In this document: piece by piece, positions 59,315 through 64,000 of the stretch
Layout: each line of letters opens with the position of its first letter
How positions within the stretch are numbered: position 1 is the stretch's first letter
DNA from: Malacoraja senta
Taxonomy: Eukaryota
Assembly: GCA_038087875.1 (NCBI GenBank)
Contig: CM075989.1
Coordinates: 18,972,001-19,036,000 of the forward strand
Direction of reading: 5' to 3'
DNA: 64,000 nucleotides
Notes under the pieces: model-generated
The model's database searches: none
The model's input: the letters and a program-made list of their open reading frames with translations, nothing else
What the model was told of the DNA's origin: nothing
Program-made: the position numbers and the translations under genes

Positions 59315-62300
59315 CCCAGAATTGTCTCTGGGTTGCACGAATGCAATCAAAATTTAGCAAAATCCAAGAATATAAAGGGAGGGCAGAGCCACCTTGATAC
59401 TAAGTCATTTGAAAATATGGTTGCACTTTAGCCACTATAAGGCCACACTCAAATGCTTCCAAATCCCAAATAGTCATTTCAAACATTTAGTTCTTCCAAC
59501 CAAAGTGGTCATTTCTAACTTCACCACAGAACATCCCATCTGCCACCTTCTTGCCCATTTACTCATTCCATATCTTCCTTACAACTTGCTTTCTACCAAG
59601 CTATCTACAGAGGCTGAGTCAGACAACATGGACACATTGTCGAAAAGCTCAAGTATTACATATTCCTATCAAAGACTATGCAATTAGATAAAGTTTACAT
59701 CAAACACCAATCCTTGACGAATTACCTAACAGCAGGTTAGTGATATATTCATGATTTGACATGAATAAGTCAATTTCCTATGATGAGACTGAACTGTATT
59801 ATTTTGACTGTCAGAGCCTCACACCCCAATTCCCTTCGGAGTCCAAGAAATGTAATTAACTCACTCTTGAATTAGCACTCGTAGCCACATGGGTAGAATT
59901 CTAAAAATTCACAATTGTGTGAGTGATAAAGACTGCAACTAATGTCTGAACCATCGTAAAACTACAACCTCGAGTTCTAGATTTTCCTGCCGACTAACAA
60001 GCTTAGTGACAATGCTATCAAGGTCACTCACAAAAAAGAAACACGTTGCCTATTTCCTTCGCTCCATAGATGCTGCCTCACCTGCTGAGTTTCTCCAGCA
60101 TTTATGTCTACCTTCGATTTTCCAACATCTGCAGTTCCTTCTTAAACATTTCATCACGATTAACCATTCTTCAGTGAACACGGGCCTATGAAAAGCCCTT
60201 TATCCAAAGGAATCTAGCCATAGAATCAAGCCACCAAATCTTGTACTCGAAGCACAATTCATGACTTAAAATACCAAGAATATTAACATTCTGTGTGGCC
60301 TTTACAACAGCTGTAAAATTTCTGTGTGATAATGGCTGTGAGTCTTTCTAACTGCTTGCAGTATGGGCATACCTTTTCTGCCCACGAGACTTTAAACAAC
60401 AAAATCAGATGAGCCATAAAATAAGTGATGTATGAACTATAAAAGGTTCATTTTCAAGGTCAAGGTCAGTTTGTCACACTTACCAATTAAGGTACAGTGA
60501 AATTCAAATTCCAATGCATTACTTTAAATGGTACTAATTATTGCTGAACAAACTGCTTTTTACTATGGTCAAATTTACCAGTAAATTAATCATTCCATGT
60601 AAAAATGAAAAAAGTCATGTACTTTATACCATGTTGTCAAATAAAAAATTATACCAAATTTAGTGACTCCAAAAACAAAATGCTGGTTTAAATGTCTATG
60701 ATGACTGCCAATTTAATCTTAAATCATTAGTTGGGAATTGAACAGCTGCCAGTACCTTAATACTCACTGCCGCAATAAACAGAAATAGCCTGCAAATTGT
60801 TAAATCTTAACCCCAGCATCTGGCATCATATCATAGCCAACTCTCACCTCCCATCCCAACATCTGTCCAATAAATGAATAAGCATTGCAATGGATAGAAG
60901 TCGGTGTATTGTTCCAAGTACACACTGGTGTCCTGTGGGGAGGTCATGTGGATCAGAACATTATACTTGGCTATTCAGTGAAGTTTTAGAGCTTGTGACA
61001 AAACTTGGGAGATAGTAACAGAGGAGTTGTGGAGCCAGTAGAAACATGGTCGGAACTATTTAACCCAAAGTCGTACATACACAAATCTCTACTGCAGAGG
61101 AAGAAAGATTTCTATGAAAAGGATACAGCATTACAGGATACAGTTACATGTAAGGAGAGAACCTAGTGCCCTTTGCTTTTCAGGAAGTAAAGGGATGTTT
61201 GGCCTAGGCACTCAAATCTGTTTTAAACCATTTTCTTTAGCACAGACTTACCAATAAGCAGAATTATTTTCAAAAGACATTAGAAAAATCTTAGGAATAA
61301 AAGTTCTGAAAAGAGCTAACAGAGTGAGGTATGATGTCAAATGGACTATTGTGATTATATATTGATGTTTATTCAGAATGTGAGAGAAACTGGAATATTA
61401 ACATGCACGTCAAAGAATCTGATTGACCGAGAGATAGAATGAGCTCCTCAATGCCTGAAAATCTAATAGTGCAAGGATGGGAGAAATTTACCAGTAAATA
61501 ACAAGCCAAAACAGAAAGACGACTTTGTTCACCAGCAGACTAACATGGGCTTCTTACTGGACTTAAATTAGTTTACTATAATTAGATTGGAAATGTAGGC
61601 AATCTTTCAATTAATGGTTCAAATCTTTTATTTTGCAAATAAGAGTCTCTCCAAAAGCACTTTCATACACTTTAAGATGACGATAGCAAAATCAAATAGC
61701 CCAACAAACACTTTGGCATTTACCCAAACAACCAACAAAACTAATACACATTGAAAATGCGGCTTCAAGATTGCTGCAATACTCTGCAGGAAGTGAACAG
61801 GAAGCTTTCAACAAAACTACATTCCTGCCTTAATTCTCTACTGCAGTTTATACTTCCATGAACATCAACAAATAGACATATAGTGCAGGACACCTTACTA
61901 CTTCTGTTGAGAATTCAATGCAAAAATTAAAAAAATCCAACACTGTCACAACCAAGATCCAACCAGGAATTGTTTCACATGAACAATAATCAATACTCAG
62001 ATGAGCGATTCAGTGTTTATACAAATTTAGAAAAAAAGCTTGCATGCTTTCATTCTCCAATGTCATTCAATAAACAGTCAAAAGATGTTCCTTTTGGGAA
62101 AATCCCATCTCACAACAAGTTTAAGTATTCATTACAAACCTGGAAATGCCTGCATCAGGCTTATGACAAAACATTCAGTAACCACACCCTTTGTGCCAAT
62201 TCATCTGATTACATTACACATTAGCTCACTGAAATTTTGGTATTCACATTAGGTTTGAGGCAGTTTGCCAAATTCTTTAATAACTTTCATAATTTCCCAT

Positions 62301-62648
62301 TTCAATTCACATTTAACCATTTTGAAAAAAATAAAGCCGACTGAGATTTGACTTTAAAAAAGAACATAAATCTACAAAACCCATCTACCTTCTAATTTCT
62401 AGTTATACAACTTCAAAGCTTCCAACAATACATTAATTTAGTGCCTTCTGTAAACTATGTAGACTTCCTGAATGGGTTTGGTAATATTGGATCCAAGATT
62501 GTAATATAAATAGCAGCACTGAAACTCTATACTTTAACTATGCTCAGATTTGTATTGCTGCACAATTAATATGCACAGGCTTCTCACATCCAAATTTCAA
62601 CAATTTGAAATCCGGCAGATTCACTATGCATTAATTATCAGAGCCAAA

Positions 62649-62829
62649 AGGGGCTGTCCCACTGCGGCGACCTAATCCGCGAGTTCAGAAGAGTTTGCCC
62701 TCGACTCATACTCGCAGCATGGTCGACACGAGGTCCTAGGAGGTCTTTGTAACTCTCCTTCATGCTCGAGAGTAGTCGAGGCCTCAGCTAGGTCGTGGCG
62801 TTTTTTTCAACATGCTGAAAAATGCCCCT
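62649..62829. mobile_element. Related Harbinger-type MITE, internally deleted
   Basis: aggggctgtcccact...gcccct|TAA. Confidence 0.55.
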
Positions 62830-64000
62830 TAAAAAACACACAGGCGTCAGTTCCAAGGGGTTTTCAATTTAAGATGAAGCATTAAATACAAGATTACAGA
62901 ACAGCAATTTAACCACACATAAACCCACATTAATTTGCTGGTAATGAAATGCATGCAGCTAGAACATGTGTTTTATTTTGTTTGTCTTGTGGAATGGAAG
63001 GTTGAAAAGTAGTTATGTGCAGAAATGGGTAAACATGTAAATATTAACATTCCTCAATTACTGACTGGCACAACATTTGGGTAAATGACAGATGGGAAAT
63101 GCTCATATTGTAGATTAGATTTAAATGGGTAGTTTAACGGCTTGTACAATCCACCCTGCGCTACTTAAGAAGTTAACACAATCTTACTGAAATCATATCT
63201 ACTTATCTCGCTTCCAATTCTCACCTCAATCCTCAACCATAAATTTCCTTGGGGGAGGTGGGGATTTGCCTGAAAGGATCATTTCACAGCATTTTTTTTC
63301 TTCAGCGAGAGCGGAGGGAAGGGAAAGGTTGGGAAGCCAAAAGGAAGATGCCCGTCTGTCTGTCGGATCAATTTCTTTTATCCAAAAGCAATCTTACTGC
63401 GATTCAATATTTTTGGTGAAGCGGGTTCTCCTTTTCTGTGCAAGTATTAAAAATCACCGGCTTGTTGGCTTGGCTCGTAGTTTGAAATAAATCACGCAAT
63501 TGCAAGCTTTGATGCAAGTATCAAAGACGGTTTCAAAATATTAGTCATCCTCAATTTAAGGTATGTGCAGGTGATCTCCACATTACAGGAGGGTTGTGGT
63601 TCGGGACCGTGAAGCCGTATCTTGTGTGTGTTAAAAAATAATAATTTGTGTTGATTTATTTCCTCCTGCCCCACATAAATCCAGAAAATGTGGATTTTAT
63701 GCTGCGTCTCAAATTTCTGTGTATTTATTTGTTGTATGCAAGGGCAAATTTCCATAACTGACAGACAAATTTCCACAAATGACAGTAGCACGTGGGTCGC
63801 CTGTATCTATTTAACAATTGAAACATAAATGTATCAGCTGGCAAGAATGAGAAAGGCTACATGTTAGATTCCTTTGGAGTTTGGGTTCATGCCAATAATC
63901 AGAAACAAACCCAATGACCACTAAGCAGGCATGAAACAGATGTGCAGTAGAATAAAACAGCTCAAAATGTTTGTTTGACGGGATTGTGCAAAATTTTAGT

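Noticed and set aside
58650-59360. ORFs of 98-144 aa upstream of exon 2
   Set aside because: They lie within the hAT-like element and do not resemble a transposase or host protein
63215-63500. Possible non-coding exon 1 (donor GAG|GTGAGA near 63225)
   Set aside because: No CpG island or clear promoter; a lone donor match is insufficient, and exon 1 may lie beyond the window

Overview
Vertebrate genomic DNA, AT-rich and dense in repeats. The repeat content (HE1-like V-SINEs, CR1/HER1-like LINEs) points to a cartilaginous fish such as a skate or ray; this is an inference. The right half holds a minus-strand tropomodulin gene of the TMOD2/TMOD3 type. I traced nine coding exons from 58372 to 30403, all with GT-AG sites and consistent phases: 1044 nt of CDS, 347 aa. 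The 3' UTR is about 1.7 kb and ends near an AATAAA at 28718-28723. The non-coding first exon was not identified. Positions 1-28.6 kb contain no recognisable host-gene exon; they are mostly SINE, LINE, Penelope-like and DNA-transposon remnants, a 358-N gap and a few TE-free islands with transcription-factor motifs. Best leads: (i) two candidate cassette exons (23 nt and 58 nt) in tropomodulin intron 3 that together add 27 in-frame residues between ABS1 and TMBS2, with UGC and clustered UGCAUG splicing signals; (ii) an abundant palindromic Penelope-type repeat carrying a minimal hammerhead-ribozyme core; (iii) nested MITE/LINE insertions with readable target-site duplications. Repeat boundaries are approximate unless a TSD is quoted.
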